64,000 nucleotides of DNA. Origin: Bugula neritina (taxonomy: Eukaryota > Animalia > Bryozoa). Shown in pieces: positions 43,701 to 58,700 of the stretch. A program made the position numbers and the translations under genes. The stretch covers positions 11,480,698 to 11,544,697 of the forward strand of contig OZ037765.1 of the NCBI GenBank assembly GCA_964035545.1, given 5' to 3'. The notes beneath the pieces are model-generated. The model ran no database searches. It was not told where the DNA came from and was given only the letters and a program-made list of their open reading frames with translations. Position 1 is the first letter of the stretch. Each line of letters begins with the position of its first letter.

Positions 43701-46700
43701 ATTTATTTTAGCTCCCTCAAGAACGCCTGCACTGAACTATGGGCAAACAGATCCTACAAAGGAGCCACCGTCCAGTAGTAATGCCATGGCCTTGTTTAAT
43801 CCAAAAATGGACTATCCATATGGTAGTTGTAACATCCCCTATATCTATAAAAACAAATGAGTGCATAAGCATAACATATATCAACTCTGCAGGTCTAATA
43901 TTTTCTTGTTTTATGCTGGTTTTGATTTCTTAAATTGCTTTTAGATCAAGGATTTTATTTATCTACTGAGATTGTCCTTGTAAATGACACGCCCAGTGCT
44001 GCTCCTGATGTTGATGTCTGTAACAATGACTCTGAAAGTTACCCTGGCCACGATTGGGTGTTTGAAGATATACAGCCAACTATTATAGTAAGACAGCCTA
44101 CTTACTTCATGTACAAAATTAGCTTTCCCTCGTCAGTTCTCATTACCTTTCAATGTCTGTTCATCATTTGATTATGTGTGTTATATTCCATCAGTGTATT
44201 TTATTGGTGCGATATTCTGAACAAGTCTAGTCAATGTTTATGGACTTGAGTTTCACTGTAGTTTATATTTACTGTCACTAACGAAAGTTCTGCCTATTTA
44301 ATAAGTAAGTGTGACTTTCATGCAGATAGTATCCTTACAATATTACTGGAGGGAAGTGGTGGCTATTAGTTGTCTCTCTGCTATACTACTCAATGCCATA
44401 ATCTACTTTACAAGAGCTTATCGGAGGCGTCTGAGAAGTAAACTCCTGGTAAGGTGATGTCAATGTCTTCGCTTGTCAGAGGGATATTAAAACTTGATAA
44501 ATGTAGTTTATATCCAACATGTGTGTATTGTATTTTTTATTAAACTGCACTATTTCAGCTAAAGCAGTCTATTGTCTAATAATTATTATCATTATAGTAT
44601 ATTTATATATAGTAAGGTTTGGCCTGTTTATTATTTATAAACAATTTTTTTAATTTTCATCTAAAAATTATATTGCTTGCAGTGTATAACATAATATATA
44701 GATATTGAGCTGTTGAGATGCATATATGAATCTGTTGAAGTTATTAATGAAATGTTGGATTGTTCACAGTGCTTAGTTCAAGAGCAGGAAGTCACTAGTG
44801 ATGTTAGTGATTTTGAGGAAGGTGACAAACAGCGAAAGAAGCATGTAAGCAGTAAATCCTCTGATAAGCCTGACATACCCCCTACAGCACCGCCCATTCC
44901 TCAATACCATTCCAGGTATCTGGTAGCTGTACATACTATATACAAAACTAATGTAAATATTTATGTGCTAAAACCTACCTAAAGCCTTATCAATATTCTG
45001 GCATCTTCCAGTTATTTTTTGTTTTTAAAGTTACAAATTTAAACAAATCTTCTAAAAACAATCAAGTTGTTCGTATAAAGTTTCAATTTGAAAATTTATT
45101 AGTTAGTATTTTTCAATAGATGATAGAAATTATGTGGTATAAATTGAATACGTGTGCTTTTGAGCATTTATAATGCACATTTAAAGATATCGGCTGAAAT
45201 TGTTAATAGATTCCTTGCTACATTGCAGTTTTCATTTGTAAATACTTGGTAACCAATACAACGATTTACAAAGTAAAACCAAATAAGTAATCAAACTGCA
45301 TGTTGCAAAAAGCTTCAAATGATATCAGGTCAACCTGTTAGACCAATTACATTTCACATTCATTTAAATGGCTGTGCAAGAAAATTAAAAAGTCAACTTT
45401 CAAAATTATTCAATTGTATAGAAAAAAAAATTGTATCAAGAGTGTGCAGTATACAGTAAGTAAAGTATAGGCCTTTGATGTGATGGCTTTATTTTCTGTA
45501 GATATCAAACTGATTTTATGCATATACAATGTTTGGGAAAAGGAGGCTTCGGAGTCGTCTTCCATGCTAGAAATGCATTAGATGAATGTGACTATGCAAT
45601 AAAGAGAATAACCCTTCCCAACAGGTATTTGATCAATTTATGTATTCCTGCATCATCTTTAGTGGGAGAAACATTTTGTAAAGTTTTCTTAATTCTTTAA
45701 AGTTATTAGTTTAATGTCACGTTAACAAACCCAACACACAAACTAATATGTGTTAGCTTTGATATAAATATATGTGAGTTTTTAGTGAAGTTCATTCAAA
45801 GTTTTTATTTGAACCCAATTGCTATAATACTTATTATCACAATAATATTGTGTCTGGTGGTTGTTGTCTCACATGCTTATGACTGCAGTGCTGATGCTAA
45901 AGAGAAAGTCACCAGAGAAGTAAAGGCTCTGGCTAAGCTGGATCACCCTAATATTGTCAGATATTTTCAGTCATGGTTTGAAACGCCACCTCCTGGATGG
46001 CAGGAAGACAGAGACAAGATCTGGGAATCAACGTATGTATAGCTTGCTATACTGTAGATTATACTGTAGACATACGTTATACTGTAGACATACATTATAC
46101 TGTAGACACACATTATACTGTAGACATACTTTATACTGTAGACACACATTATACTGTAGACATACTTTATACTGTAGACACACATTATACTGTAGACATA
46201 CTTTATACTGTAGACATACATTATACTGTAGACATACATTATACTGTAGACATGCATTATACTGTAGACACACATCATACTGTAGACATGCATCATACTG
46301 TAGACATACATCATACTGTAGACATACATTATACTGTAGACATATTTGATGCATTATTTTGCCATATGGATGCCATGATCCTCTCAACTGTTATGGGACT
46401 TCATTGATAACCTTGACAATAGTGTCTTAAGAATAATTCTTGGTTTTTATAATATTTCAAATGCACCTTATAATTCCCATGCTGAGTTGAAAAAGCACAT
46501 GTGTATGTTTTATTGATGCGTTAAAACTGGTTGGTTTAGTTGAATATCTCCTTGTATGTTGATACACAGTGAGAAGTTTGTACCGACCCCTATGAACAGT
46601 GGATATCCCCTGGCTATTAGCAGACAGAGCTCCTCTCTTACCAACCCTCCTGCACGTAACAACTCTAGCACTCAGAGCTTTATTCCTAAGTTTAAGTTTG

Positions 46701-49700
46701 ACGAATCTAAAGAATCTTCACTTTCACTCGGTGAGTTTGTTTGGTTGTTTTCAGACACAGTTTGCTTTAGTGTTAGAATGTAGTACAAGCACCCACTGCC
46801 TTTTTCTGTCCTACTCAGTAATCTTCATAATAGTGTTTTAAAAAATCCTTAAACTAGTTATAAAGTCAAGAAATGAGTTCAGCTACTAAAATCACAGTTC
46901 TTAGTAAGTCCAGCTATAGTTACTGGAAAACTCGACGGTTACATATCTCTCATCACTAAAGCTTGAGCTTCCATACTGCTTTAGGCTTTCCTGTTAACAA
47001 GATGGATGACTCACTGGAGATAGTATTCAGTAGTAAAACGGAAGACGTGCCCGTTGAGCATCCTTTTCACAAGTATGCCGTGGCACCAGTAGATCAGCAA
47101 CATCTTTCTGATAGCGAAAGCAGCAGAGAGCTGGAAAGACTTGACGATTCTGGATATCATAGAAATGATATCGGTTTGGTAAGGGCACATTGATCATATT
47201 GAACTGCTTTTATACTCACACAGTGTAGTGCATTTTTGATGAAATGTGTGATAGATGCTGTTTAGTTATCATTATGCACGCATGTTGTATCATGTTTAGC
47301 TTTTTGGTTTGGTAAGGGGACATATTGAAATGCCTTTATACTCACAGTGTTGTGCCATGTTTAGCTTGTTTGATAACCTGATTAATTTCATTATATGTTA
47401 TAGATGGTTTCCCAGGGTAGCTTTGGTGAAATAACAGAGGATAAGACAAGCTTCAGTGAAAAGGAGGGCCCTGTTGTTTCATCCCAGACTTCTAGTGTAA
47501 AGGAAAAGGAGAATCATCAAGCTAAGCTATTTCTTTACATTCAAATGCAGGTATGTATACCAACAGAATTTCTCATGCTTTAAAATCTAATTTGTTGTTA
47601 CTGATTTGGTGTCACCAGACCGTGTGTTTTCTAGCTGTGCAAAAGGGAGACACTCCGTGACTACCTCAATGCTAACACCTTGCACCGAGATAAGAACGAC
47701 ATCTTACTTATATTCAGACAGATATGTGATGCTGTTGAATATATTCACTCCCAGGGACTCATACACAGAGATTTAAAGGTATCTCAATATGGAATTTTCT
47801 GTGCTAACTTTGTTTTGTTTTATGTTTATGTATTTCGGCTTTAAATTTGTTTAGTTAATATTTAATAACTTCATGTATATAGTCATGACATCTTTGGGTG
47901 TTGAATAAGAATTTACCAAGATTGAAGCAACCATTACATAAATAATATTTTCAGTTTGAGTGTTTGTTACTTAAGAGATTTGTGCGTTTGTATTTCAGCC
48001 AACCAACATATTCTTTGCAACTGATAACACCATAAAGGTGGGAGATTTTGGACTTGTTACGGCTCTGTCTGTGCTTCCAGACCAGAGCTTTGATGGGGTC
48101 ATAAGTAGTCCCAACGCAGTGGATCAACTTAACCTCACCAACAACGTTGGTACTAAAGTCTACATGAGTCCAGAGCAGGTGAGATCTACTTGCATGCATT
48201 TATCTCTTAGAAATTTTTCTACAGAAATTGCTTTTCTTTACTGAATACTTGTTGCATCGTGTTTTTACAGCATACAGTTTTATCTATTCAGGTGGCTGGG
48301 AGACAATATAACAGCAAAGTTGACATTTACGCCCTAGGTCTGTTGTTCTTTGAGTTGAAGTACCCATTCTCAACAATGATGGAGAGAGTTATTACGCTGC
48401 TGAACGTTAAGAAGAATGAATATCCAGAGAGATTTATAAGGGAATTGCCATCTGAGGTTAGCATACAGTAGTTACTGCATACATATCGTCGGTTACAGGC
48501 TTGGGAATTAAAAAATTACCACTAAATTTAGTTTAACTTGAGCTATCCCAAGGTATTGTTTGTTTAAAAACAATTAATGTTTAGAGACATGCAGTGAATT
48601 GCTTGTATTTTTATCAGGTTCACAATGGTTAATCAAAGACGTAGTAATTTGAAACCTAACTAAAAAAAACTAGATCAGGTTTAAGTTAAATCAAGCATCA
48701 GCATCAGCTCAATAAATTCTAATCAGATTGCATGTTAGCTAAATATATTTTTTTTAAATAGTTGAATGGTTAGGTTATTGATAGTTTAAGTCAAAATAAG
48801 CGTGTTGGTTTAGCTATGTTAATCTGTGCTAAGTGAATGGTAATATAATATTCATGCAGTTGCTATAATCACTTGATTTAGCATTATCACACATTTACAT
48901 AGCTATGTTATTACCTGGTGACATGTGTACAATAAGTAAATCAAAATTAAATATTTTAGCAGATGATTAATTTTAAAAACTTGTAGAAATTTCAAGTATT
49001 GGTAGCAAAGTTCAATATGAAATATGTTAAAGTCATCACAGCTAATCATAAAAATATGGTTTAAACGGTGTTAATAAAATCATCGCAATAATTAACTTTG
49101 CCAGAACTTTTCTTTTTAATAATCCTGAAAATAGCTGGTTGTTTAACTAAAAATAGTTAAATAGTAAGACTGTCAATTCACTAAGATTCAATCAGAGGTG
49201 AATCAAATGTTTAACAGTTTGTTAATAGTTGACTGAAAATTTTAAAAAAGTGTTTCCAGGTTTGAACTTTACTTCAAGTGAGGGAAATTTTCCAATCAAT
49301 TAGCTGAGGAAATTGAATTAGGGATTTTAGTAAGTCAATGATTGACTAATTAGGACAAGGAATAATAAGTTCTTGCTGCAAGTAACCTGGACTAGCTCTA
49401 TATTTTGGAAAATTTGTTGAAGCTTATTTTACAATAGACTTTTACTATACTATAGCAATCACCACTGACTAGACCTTCAAATAGCGAGTCTAGTCTACAA
49501 ATGCTGTCCTGCAAGAGTAGTGAGACTTCTCGCTTTTCTTTAATTATGTAATAAAAGATATTTGTTTGCTTTGTCAAATGCACCTTTAGAAAGATTATAC
49601 TTTTAGTGGATGTACATTATGTACATGCTTTAACTCGTATTTGAACCTGTATTTTTGAGTGAATAATTGCACCAAGCTTTTGTAAATTTAATAACAAAGA

Positions 49701-49912
49701 GAATATCAAGTACTGCTCATTTTGTTAATATTTCTTGGAATATTATTTTATCACAGTACAAGTTCATCAGCTGGATGCTTGCCAGAAATCCTAAAAATCG
49801 TCCTTCTATTACCGAAGTGCTAAACAGTGAAGTGATGCTTGGCTCGGATTCCCTGTTGCATGCTGACAGAGTCAGGACAAGGACTGTTTCCCGGTCTAGC
49901 AATCATGAATAA
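40793..49912 (+). CDS. EIF2AK3: PERK / eIF2-alpha kinase 3; exons 40793-40935, 41082-41205, 41421-41618, 41755-41882, 42152-42258, 42424-42512, 42647-42791, 43117-43251, 43712-43822, 43945-44087, 44326-44448, 44770-44915, 45502-45624, 45889-46032, 46570-46730, 46985-47178, 47404-47550, 47635-47778, 47999-48178, 48292-48456, 49757-49912
   Basis: Signal-peptide-like N-terminus; IRE1/PERK luminal motifs ([22 protein letters not shown]); TM segment [22 protein letters not shown]; kinase motifs [44 protein letters not shown], kinase insert, [34 protein letters not shown]. Confidence 0.96.
46048..46344. repeat. 18-bp minisatellite, about 16 copies, in a PERK intron
   Basis: Unit tatactgtagacatacat, with alternating cacacat/catactt variants in the middle. 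Confidence 0.95.
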
Positions 49913-50749
49913 TGTTATGTAAACTTTATATGTTATTAGTAGTTGTTAGTCAGAGTATATTTTAGTATTTTTTTTTGTAAATAATATTTTCAGTTATATC
50001 ATATTTTTGTGCAAAATACATGTTCTTGATTTTTAACAATTGTAATAATGCTGTTTTTATTAGAAAAATGTATATAGTCAGACTTCATGCTGCCATAAAG
50101 TATATATTCTGTAATATACATCTCAAATTAGCTGTCTAACATTAATTTTTCTGTTCCAGCAAAACTTGTTAAACAAAAGTTAATTTGCTAGTGAATTTTT
50201 TTAATTGTTAGCTTTAGTAAATGAGAGTAATTCTAAAGATAACAGTTTTCAAAGGGTGAATCTTCAAAGTAAATATTGCTTTATCATTAATAAAATAATA
50301 TGTGTAATCGGTCTTTTACAGAACATTTAGCTGAAACTTATATCTTTTGAGTCATGACTTGTCATATAAAATAAATATAGGATAATTTCAAATGAAAGTG
50401 TTGTATATGAGGTAATTTTCTAGCAATAAGTTCTCGAATGTGATATTGATGGGTAAAAACACTTTATATCTACAAGTGCATGGTAGGCTATTACTTATTT
50501 ACCATGATATTTATTTTCTGCTTACTTAATCTTTTTTATTTCAACATAATCCTGCACATAGTCAATTCCAGAATTACTAGTAACCGTTTGATTTTAATAA
50601 CTTGCTTGCCAGGTTTTTGGTATTCAAAAGCCCAGCAAACTTACTTGGTATCTTTAAATATTATTAACTTGCAAATAAAAAGTAGGAATTTTTTGTCATT
50701 TTAAGGAGTTGTCTTTCTTTGCTAAAAACTACAAGCGAAAATTTTTTCT

Positions 50750-50915
50750 TGGCACAACTCCAGATTGAAAGATTAGTTGCTTGTTGGGTTGCTACACAAC
50801 CATTGTGGGACAATACATCTATTGGTTGTATGGATTTACACGTGATTTATAACATGGCTGCAATGTGACCATCTATTTCCTCCTGGCTTCTCGAGTTTTT
50901 TTGCCGAGTAAGTTA
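50750..50915 (+). promoter_or_regulatory. Putative CDC14 promoter and non-coding first exon
   Basis: X-box-like gttgctacacaac near 50788, ATTGG at 50821, CACGTG near 50839, and donor ga|gtaagt near 50908 followed by the periodic tract. Confidence 0.45.
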
Positions 50916-51079
50916 TACCCCAATAACAATTAAATTAGTATTCGTTTAAGGCAGTGTTGCTGTTGCAACGAATTGAAATATAAGCTTTAAATATAAGGCT
51001 ATTCTTATTTTTTATTTACTACTTTATTGCTTCTTTATAATTATTTGTATTTTAATGTTGGTTTCAATTTTATTTTCTG

Positions 51080-51400
51080 CCACTCATAGTCATTTACTGT
51101 TAGTGTTGCTATTAGTATTACCACTTCTACTTTGTAGTTACTAGTAGTAATACTAATTGTAATACTAGTAGTAGCTAGTAGTTACTCATAATTATTTTAC
51201 TTGATCATTAAATTTAATGTTACACTTAGAGTTAGTCTTACTAAAGTGTCAGCGTAAATATTGCTCTATTACTTATTACTATTACTATTAGTATTACTAT
51301 TACTATTATTATTAGTATTAGTGCTGCTCTCAGTCTCAATTGGTTCTCTTGATAAGCTTAGTTTTACCATACTCATAGCTCATAAGTCATGAGCAAGGTT
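51080..51400. repeat. Degenerate 3/6-periodic tract downstream of the putative CDC14 first exon
   Basis: tagtagtaatactaattgtaatactagtagtagctagtagttact ... attactattactattagtattactattactattattattagtattagt. Confidence 0.7.
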
Positions 51401-52778
51401 AAAACTTAAATTTGACTTTGTATTTAAAGTGAAGCTTTACAAAACTTGACGCCTGTTAAAATTATTTAATACAAAACTTCAATCCTTAAATTTGAAAAGG
51501 ATATCAATATCATATATCAATATGGGATAATCACAAGATCAGATTATAATATTATTTAATTGATGATGAAAACATAATATAAATATATTATGAACCAACT
51601 TAATTCATTTTTGGAATGTCAAAATTTAAATATTGAGTTTATTGATGAATAGCTTTTTAAATATACTACTTAGTCATGGTTTAATTATACTGAATAATAG
51701 TAACTATTGAATGTGGCTAATTTCTGTTTAGGATTTGATTATAATCATGTAGGTAATTATAATAGAATTTATTCTTGAAATAGTGTAAGTGATTGTAATT
51801 CTAATTGTGTTAGTACTAGACCATCATTAAAAATTTAATTGTTTAATCTAGCATTGCTGATTAAATGTAAATGGAGTGCATGGTGTATGCATTATCAGAA
51901 AAGATCATCAGTTTATGGTTTTACATAATTTTATCAACTATTCAAGTGCTTTACAATTTCAATTATGATGTTTAGTTTCATGTCTCAGTTGCGGAGTCAG
52001 CAGGTAGATGTTACAATGCATAAGTTTAGCTGCACGTTTTATTAGAAAGATTAATTAATAAGACAGCTAAAAATAATATTTTCCAGTTCTTGCTCTATTT
52101 TTGACAACATGATGGCTTGGTATTCAAAAGCCTGCATCTTCATTTTTCGTTGTGTTTTTCTTCTTTATAATAACTTAAAGGATTTTTTTCCATTTGTACT
52201 GGTGGGTTATCAAGCAATATTTCACGTGGCTCAACTAAATATAGTAATACTCTTCATTCTATATACTTGCACTAGCTGACAGGCACTTGAACTTCAAAAT
52301 TTTACTTGAAACCCCTTGATATCTCCCCAGTCACAGATAAGCATGTCCTTCAACAGAAGGCGTCCATTGAATAATGAGGCCTAAATAATTGGGTTATTAT
52401 CTAAAAATTCTTATATGAATATTTTTTTGTTGTATTATATTATATGTCCATAAGCTTGCATTTTATGTCGTCACAAGTGAAAACTGGTAGTGTCAGTTTC
52501 ATGTTGCAGTAAAGCAAATTTCTAATATATTTTGTTTTTTGTTTTATATTACTTATTTTTTAGGTTTTAAAATAATTCACTGACAACTTAAGGAATCTTG
52601 TCTCAAAAATTTTTGTATAACAAAATATTTATGAAATCAACCATTTCATTTTAACAGGTAAAATCAAGGGCCTCATCTATTGTAGATTCTTCTATCTGAG
52701 TTCAAAGAGAAAGTTGGTGTCTGACTTATTCAGTTGGCTGGAAGTGCATAGAAGTGTTTTGATTGGCTGCTCAATTCG

Positions 52779-55700
52779 ATGGGTCCTCATTCTTATAACG
52801 ATGAGAATGATTTGCAAGTATTACACTGTGCCTCAGAGATTGTGAGAGGTACGTCAACATAGTCACTCTGAACTATTAGAATTACTTTCTAGTTTTTCTC
52901 TTTTTCTCCTCCATTTACCAAAAATGAAAGTCACCTATAAAAACCTATTCAATTGTCTTACGAATTTACTATAAATATTTTTATTTTTTCCATTTGGCAA
53001 TCTATGAATTCTGTATTCATGCTGAATTATATAAGTTTTTTTTTGTATAATCAAGCTTGGCAAACTTCCCTTTTTTAAAAAAATTGTGACATTTTATTAG
53101 TGGCAAATGTGTGTATCAAATGCTCTAAAGTTGCAGTTGCACAATTAGCTTACTTTACTCTCTGCTATAATACAATAGAGATAATGAGCTGACATTGTAA
53201 AATAACGATAGGAACGTCATACAGCATGTAGCAGCGTATAAGTAAACAATAAGGCATTCAGCACTCTACAAACAAAGTAACTTTTCATCTATTCACAATC
53301 TTACTTAACTTAAGATAATTTCCTTGCATTGTGACTGTATTAAGTATTTGTCATTAATATAGCTTGGGTGTATCCTAGCAGCATAGAGAGTCAGCGCTGT
53401 GCTGTGCTGCTGCCTAACAGTTGTATCAACTTGAAAGTAGCATAGTTGTTGCTGCCAATTTGTTGAATACAGTAGCCACTTTATGCTCCTTGTGTTTTGC
53501 TCCTCACATTATGTATGTATTTACTAGATCGCTTCTACTTTGCTGTGTTGAGAACTAAACCAAAATCCACAATCAACACACATTACTTTTCCATTGATGA
53601 TGAGTTAGTCTATGAAAAGTAAGTCTCCTCCATGGTTTCTCTCCAAGACCTGTTATTACCAGCTCTTTCTATTCCCATTTGTAAAAAATTCAACAGCAGC
53701 ACTGAATGTTTTATGTTATGAGAAGAAAATCCTATTAATTATGTTATTTTTAGTTAACTTGCACTGCTTATTCATAAAGTTTCAGTAAATACAATAATGA
53801 CTTAAAAACATCTAGTTGAGCTAAAAATTTCAAATAAAATTGAATTTAAAAATTTGTTTAATGAAAAAAGAACAATTTTAGTGACTCATTTCAAAATGCC
53901 ACGCTGACTTGAAGAATTAAGTTGAAAATTCAGTGCTCCATTTTAACAATGACTATTACAAATTGGCATCTTTTTTTCTAAATTGAATTAACTGTATTGA
54001 CATTCACTTTCCATTATCAGATAAGTTTATGTCAACTAACCAGCTTCTGTAAACTGTACATATTTACTTCTCTAATACTCTAACACTTGTTATCTTTCAG
54101 CTTCTATGCAGATTTCGGGCCACTGAATCTATCACATCTCTACAGATATTGCTGTAAGGTGAACAAGAAACTTAAGGTGAGTTCCTAAGCTTACCTGGGG
54201 TGGGTGGGACATGAGCTAGTTGAAAATTTCTGGTCTTGTGGATCTAAAGCTAAGCACTGACCTTAGATTAAGCAATTGATTTTACTGCCCAGTAGGTAGA
54301 TAGTTTTATTCTAAGCAAGAAAACTGAGTATCTATTATAGTTTGGTACTACATTGCCAAGTGTTGTAAATTTACTAGTCCAAGTACCAATAAAGTGAAGG
54401 ATATGTATCTTTTATCTGCTACATTGCGTAATCGTATAAATACTTTCGATCCATAACAAGCTCGAATGACCGAGTGCCATGAAAAACTACCTCTTGAACT
54501 ATAAGTTTTAGCCATTGTGTCCTTTTACACTCCACAAAATGGACAGCAAACGATATATTATTGCTAACAAAACCAGGCAGCTTCTGCTCTATTACCTGCG
54601 AACTGTATAGTACTCAGCTAATTATTCAGAGTGTTCAACTGGTCTTTATAATAGTGAGGTCATTCTCTCAAAGCTCTTTGGTGTTTTCACACACTTACGG
54701 GTTTAATATTAATAATTACCTTACAATAAATTATCAGTGAAGTGAGCAATGACCAGGAGAAACCAATTACCTTTCATTGTTTACCACCAGTTCAAGAGAT
54801 GAAAGGTAACATACAAAGCAGTGCTATTTGCTGTCATCGTCCTTAGGCTTTACTGTCAGCTAAAAAGATGAGACAAACTACATTCTGTCACAATGCCTGT
54901 TGGTAATATGTGACCACTTGCAGTACTTCTAAACTGCTTTGTGAAATGCTAACTTTTTTGAAGTTATATAATTCACTAGATAAACAAATTGTCTCCAAAT
55001 TGTAATTCTACTGCACTGTAAAGCTACCCACTAAAAAGCACTTTTTATGCATACTGCTACATGATAACACATAAGTAGCTGCTCCTCTGTCAATTCTGGA
55101 TATCAGGAAGAGTAATCTGCTAGTGAATTAAGGCTGGTGTGTTTTACACCCCAACTTGAAGCTTATAATTAGAGATTTGGGCTAAAATGTATCATTTACT
55201 AACTTGGCCAAATACCATATAATGGTAGCAAACACCACAGTTCATTCAACATGGAACACTCTCTTCTAAGGAAATTCCATGCTGAACTGTGCATGCCATC
55301 GTTGTTTTATGTACAGTCACAATATTGTATCCAACTTACTTTATTCTCCGTTCATATTTGAATGTATACTTCTGCAAGTTTTATCTTCCGTTACAGTTCT
55401 GGGTTTGTTTTGTAGTCATACTCTCTTGGAAAGAAGAAAATAGTTCATTACACTTCATTTGATGCCCGTAAACGTGCCAATGCAGCCTTCCTGGTTGGGG
55501 CTTATTCCGTATGTATAATATATACACTTATATAATTTTGCAGAAATTTCTTACAGCCCATATAGTAATAGCATAGTATATCGTTTATTTTATATTATCA
55601 ACTGAAGTGAGAGTAACTTAAAGATATTTAGGCAGCTCATAACAATTTACAGCCGAATTCAAGTAGAAGACAGATTTTTAAAGTAGAACTTTGGCTAATT

Positions 55701-58700
55701 CTATTAATTATTTTTGGTACAATAAAGTGTTTTGATGCTGTCACTTGGGAGTGTTTTCTTTTGTTGCTTCTTACTTTTTTCTGTTTTATACTAATCAGCG
55801 TTTAGTTTTCTAAAGCTGCTACTATTTGCAGTGAAGTAACCTGTCAAGATATTTTCAAAATATGGTCAACAAAAATATTAGATTTTTTATTATGGATTTT
55901 AAATTTGATTTTTCAATAGCTAAAGTTTACTGATTTCTACTCCTAGTTACTAGATGGTGATGTCATACATCAATTTGATTTCCACTCAAGTGAATTTAAA
56001 AATAGAACGGGTGTTATTCAATTCTTTTTAAAAGAGATAGCTACACACATTTGAAAGGGGAGAAAAAGATTCACTATTATTTTTGTATAGTAAACGATGC
56101 TAATTTGTAATTTTTAAATATTTTGCTCTGTTTTTTGCATAGTTTTTTATTTACACGGACATGTCATTTACGCTGGCATGTCATTGAAATAACTATCTGA
56201 CTTTTTTAATAATATGCCATTTTGCTGTGGATACCTGGGAAAATATGTTGACCAGGTGTTGCTTAGCACGACTACTTGTCTGGTGCTAGAGAGGCCATGG
56301 CAATGGAGTAGGCTGTACAATAAGTTTCCTACTTCAAAGCAAATTGTCAATTTTGGGACTTGGCATGAAAATCAGTCGAGCCATTTGTCATGATATCATT
56401 CATTTTAACATGGCTACATTAATGGCTCTTTCATGGCAATCTACCATGTAGTGTTGGCATAAATTCCTATCAATAGACTGTCTCTTTCAAAATTATGAAG
56501 ATTTTTATCTGTTTTCGCTTTGAGAGTAAATGGTTAGTGACATTCCTTCTAAATCAGTGCAACATTGTTTATAGCTTACAACTAGTCATAATACTCTTGA
56601 ATAATATGCATAGTTACCATACTATGTGCACTTGTGTGTAAACTGTAACACAATCCACACATTGGGAATTTGTGCTATTATTAATATGCAAACTCAAAGA
56701 AACCATCGCACCATGCAATCACCAGCTATGCATGTGTCATTTCCTTCTTTTTATGTGAATGTAGTAATAGAATGCACACTGACTTTCAGTGAATCAATAT
56801 TTTGTTTTGATGTTTTAAAAAATATTAAGTTTTATCTCTATTTTTAACAGTTACAGTACAATAAGTCACTATAATATGCAGAGTATATCTTATTCTAATT
56901 AAGTTAAAAATGGACTAGTTTCTTAAATATGGTTGAGTTGTACAACTTCTGCAATTGAATTCAAACAGCCCACAGCAGTCAAGCTTTCCTACTTCGAAGC
57001 TGAGACTCTTGTAGCTTCTGAGTGAGAACCAGGCATTGTTTATAAATTCAGGCACTCATTACATACAAATAAGCATGGGTGTATGTTGAGTACCAGTAGG
57101 CTGTTCTGTGCCTTCACTTTGTTTAAACAGCTATAAAATTACTAGTTTTAGTATGTTCAGTAAATATTGCTGTGAAAAAATGCTGTCATTTCATGCATCG
57201 CTGCATTCACATCGCTGTCAATAATGTCTGGCTAACATATTGGCAGCACTTCAATACATTCATTGCTAACATGATATTGATCCGACTAGCTGGCTATAGA
57301 ACCATAGCTAATAATGTAATAGTATTGATTTTCTATACTCTCGAACCATTGATAATCATGATACACTGAGCATGTACATATCTCCTCTCTCTTGTATACA
57401 TTACACTGAAGATATATCGTCTATCAATTATACTCTAATGTTCGTCTCAACTTCCAACTACTCTGTTTGCGTAGAGAGCTGATATTGCTGGCCATTACAT
57501 TATGTTATGCTAAATATTGCAAACCATAAATATGCAGCTCCCCTACTCTATAGCCTGTTATCTACTTTATAGCCTGTGTTATCTCATTTCTAGGTGTTAT
57601 ACTTGAAGAAAACTCCAGAGGAGGCCTACAGACCCCTGATTGTTGGTGACCGAGACCATTATTTGCCTTTCAGGTAACGTGCAAGTTGTGCTATACGTAG
57701 GTTAGAAAGGATGCAGGGTAGTGGCAGTAGTGAGTTAAAAGTTGGTCGTATTCTATTCCAATAGTATTAGTATGTGTTGCAGATAACTTTGATGGTGGCT
57801 ATGTGTTAACCAGTAGTTTAAAAAAACATTAATAGCCAATCATGGCAGCAGCAGCAATGTGTTAAGTAGTAATTGAAGCAGATAATGATGGTGGTCTATC
57901 ATGTACTTGTGGTGGTATACAGAGGTGACATCACTGATGGTTTTAATGCTCCATGGTGACAACTGTGATGATTGTTAGCTTTAAGTAGAAGTATATGTAG
58001 TAGAAGGAGAAGATTTTGAAACTGGTTTCTCTTTCTGTCCTCATTGTAATTTGCATTAATTTCTAGTGCTACTAGCTGTATATGCACGTTGCCTGTTGCT
58101 ACACCAGATACTGTGTAGCTCTACATGTTGTTATAGCGGCTGTATGTGTAGTAACACATGTTGCTGTATTTGTAGAGATGCCTCATTTGGAACAAGCTCC
58201 TACAATCTCACGGTGCTGGATTGTCTTAATGGTATTAACAAGGTATTTCCAGCATTATGTTCTTTACTTCCCACCTTTGGGCTACTTTATACCTGATAAA
58301 AAGTATTATAGCTGTAAATACCAGTTCTAAATATACCTCAGTTGGCACCGAGTCAGCATGCCAATCAAGTAGCTGTTGGCTAGGAGTTGCAACTGTTGAT
58401 AGCTTGGCTACTCAATTAAATTAATTACACATAGTTACAATAACAGCACTAGTTACTGCTTGCTAGGTATTATACAGGTTTTATTGTGATATTCTTGTAG
58501 GCATTGGTCCATGGATTCATCAATTTTGATAGTTTTGACGCAGATGAATATGAGCACTACGAGGTGAGAACACAATCCTTCTGCTCGTGTAAATATCCTC
58601 CATTTTATGGGCAGCTGCCGACTTGAATAGCCCCTGTGCTGCCTGTAACTAGTAACTGACCTTTCTCTGCAGTCCCAGCATTTTAAATTTTAAAAAAAGC

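Noticed and set aside
44329-44337. U12-type donor-like GTATCCTTA
   Set aside because: It lies within the PERK transmembrane exon (IVSLQ), and the gene assembles in frame with ordinary GT-AG introns.
45954-46407. Four overlapping repetitive ORFs (YCRHTL, YTVDIH and others) and a CRISPR-like appearance
   Set aside because: They arise from an intronic 18-bp minisatellite. There are no unique spacers or cas genes, and the context is eukaryotic.
55509-57593. Search for a duplicate of CDC14 exon 5 in this long intron
   Set aside because: No phase-compatible paralogous exon found by eye.
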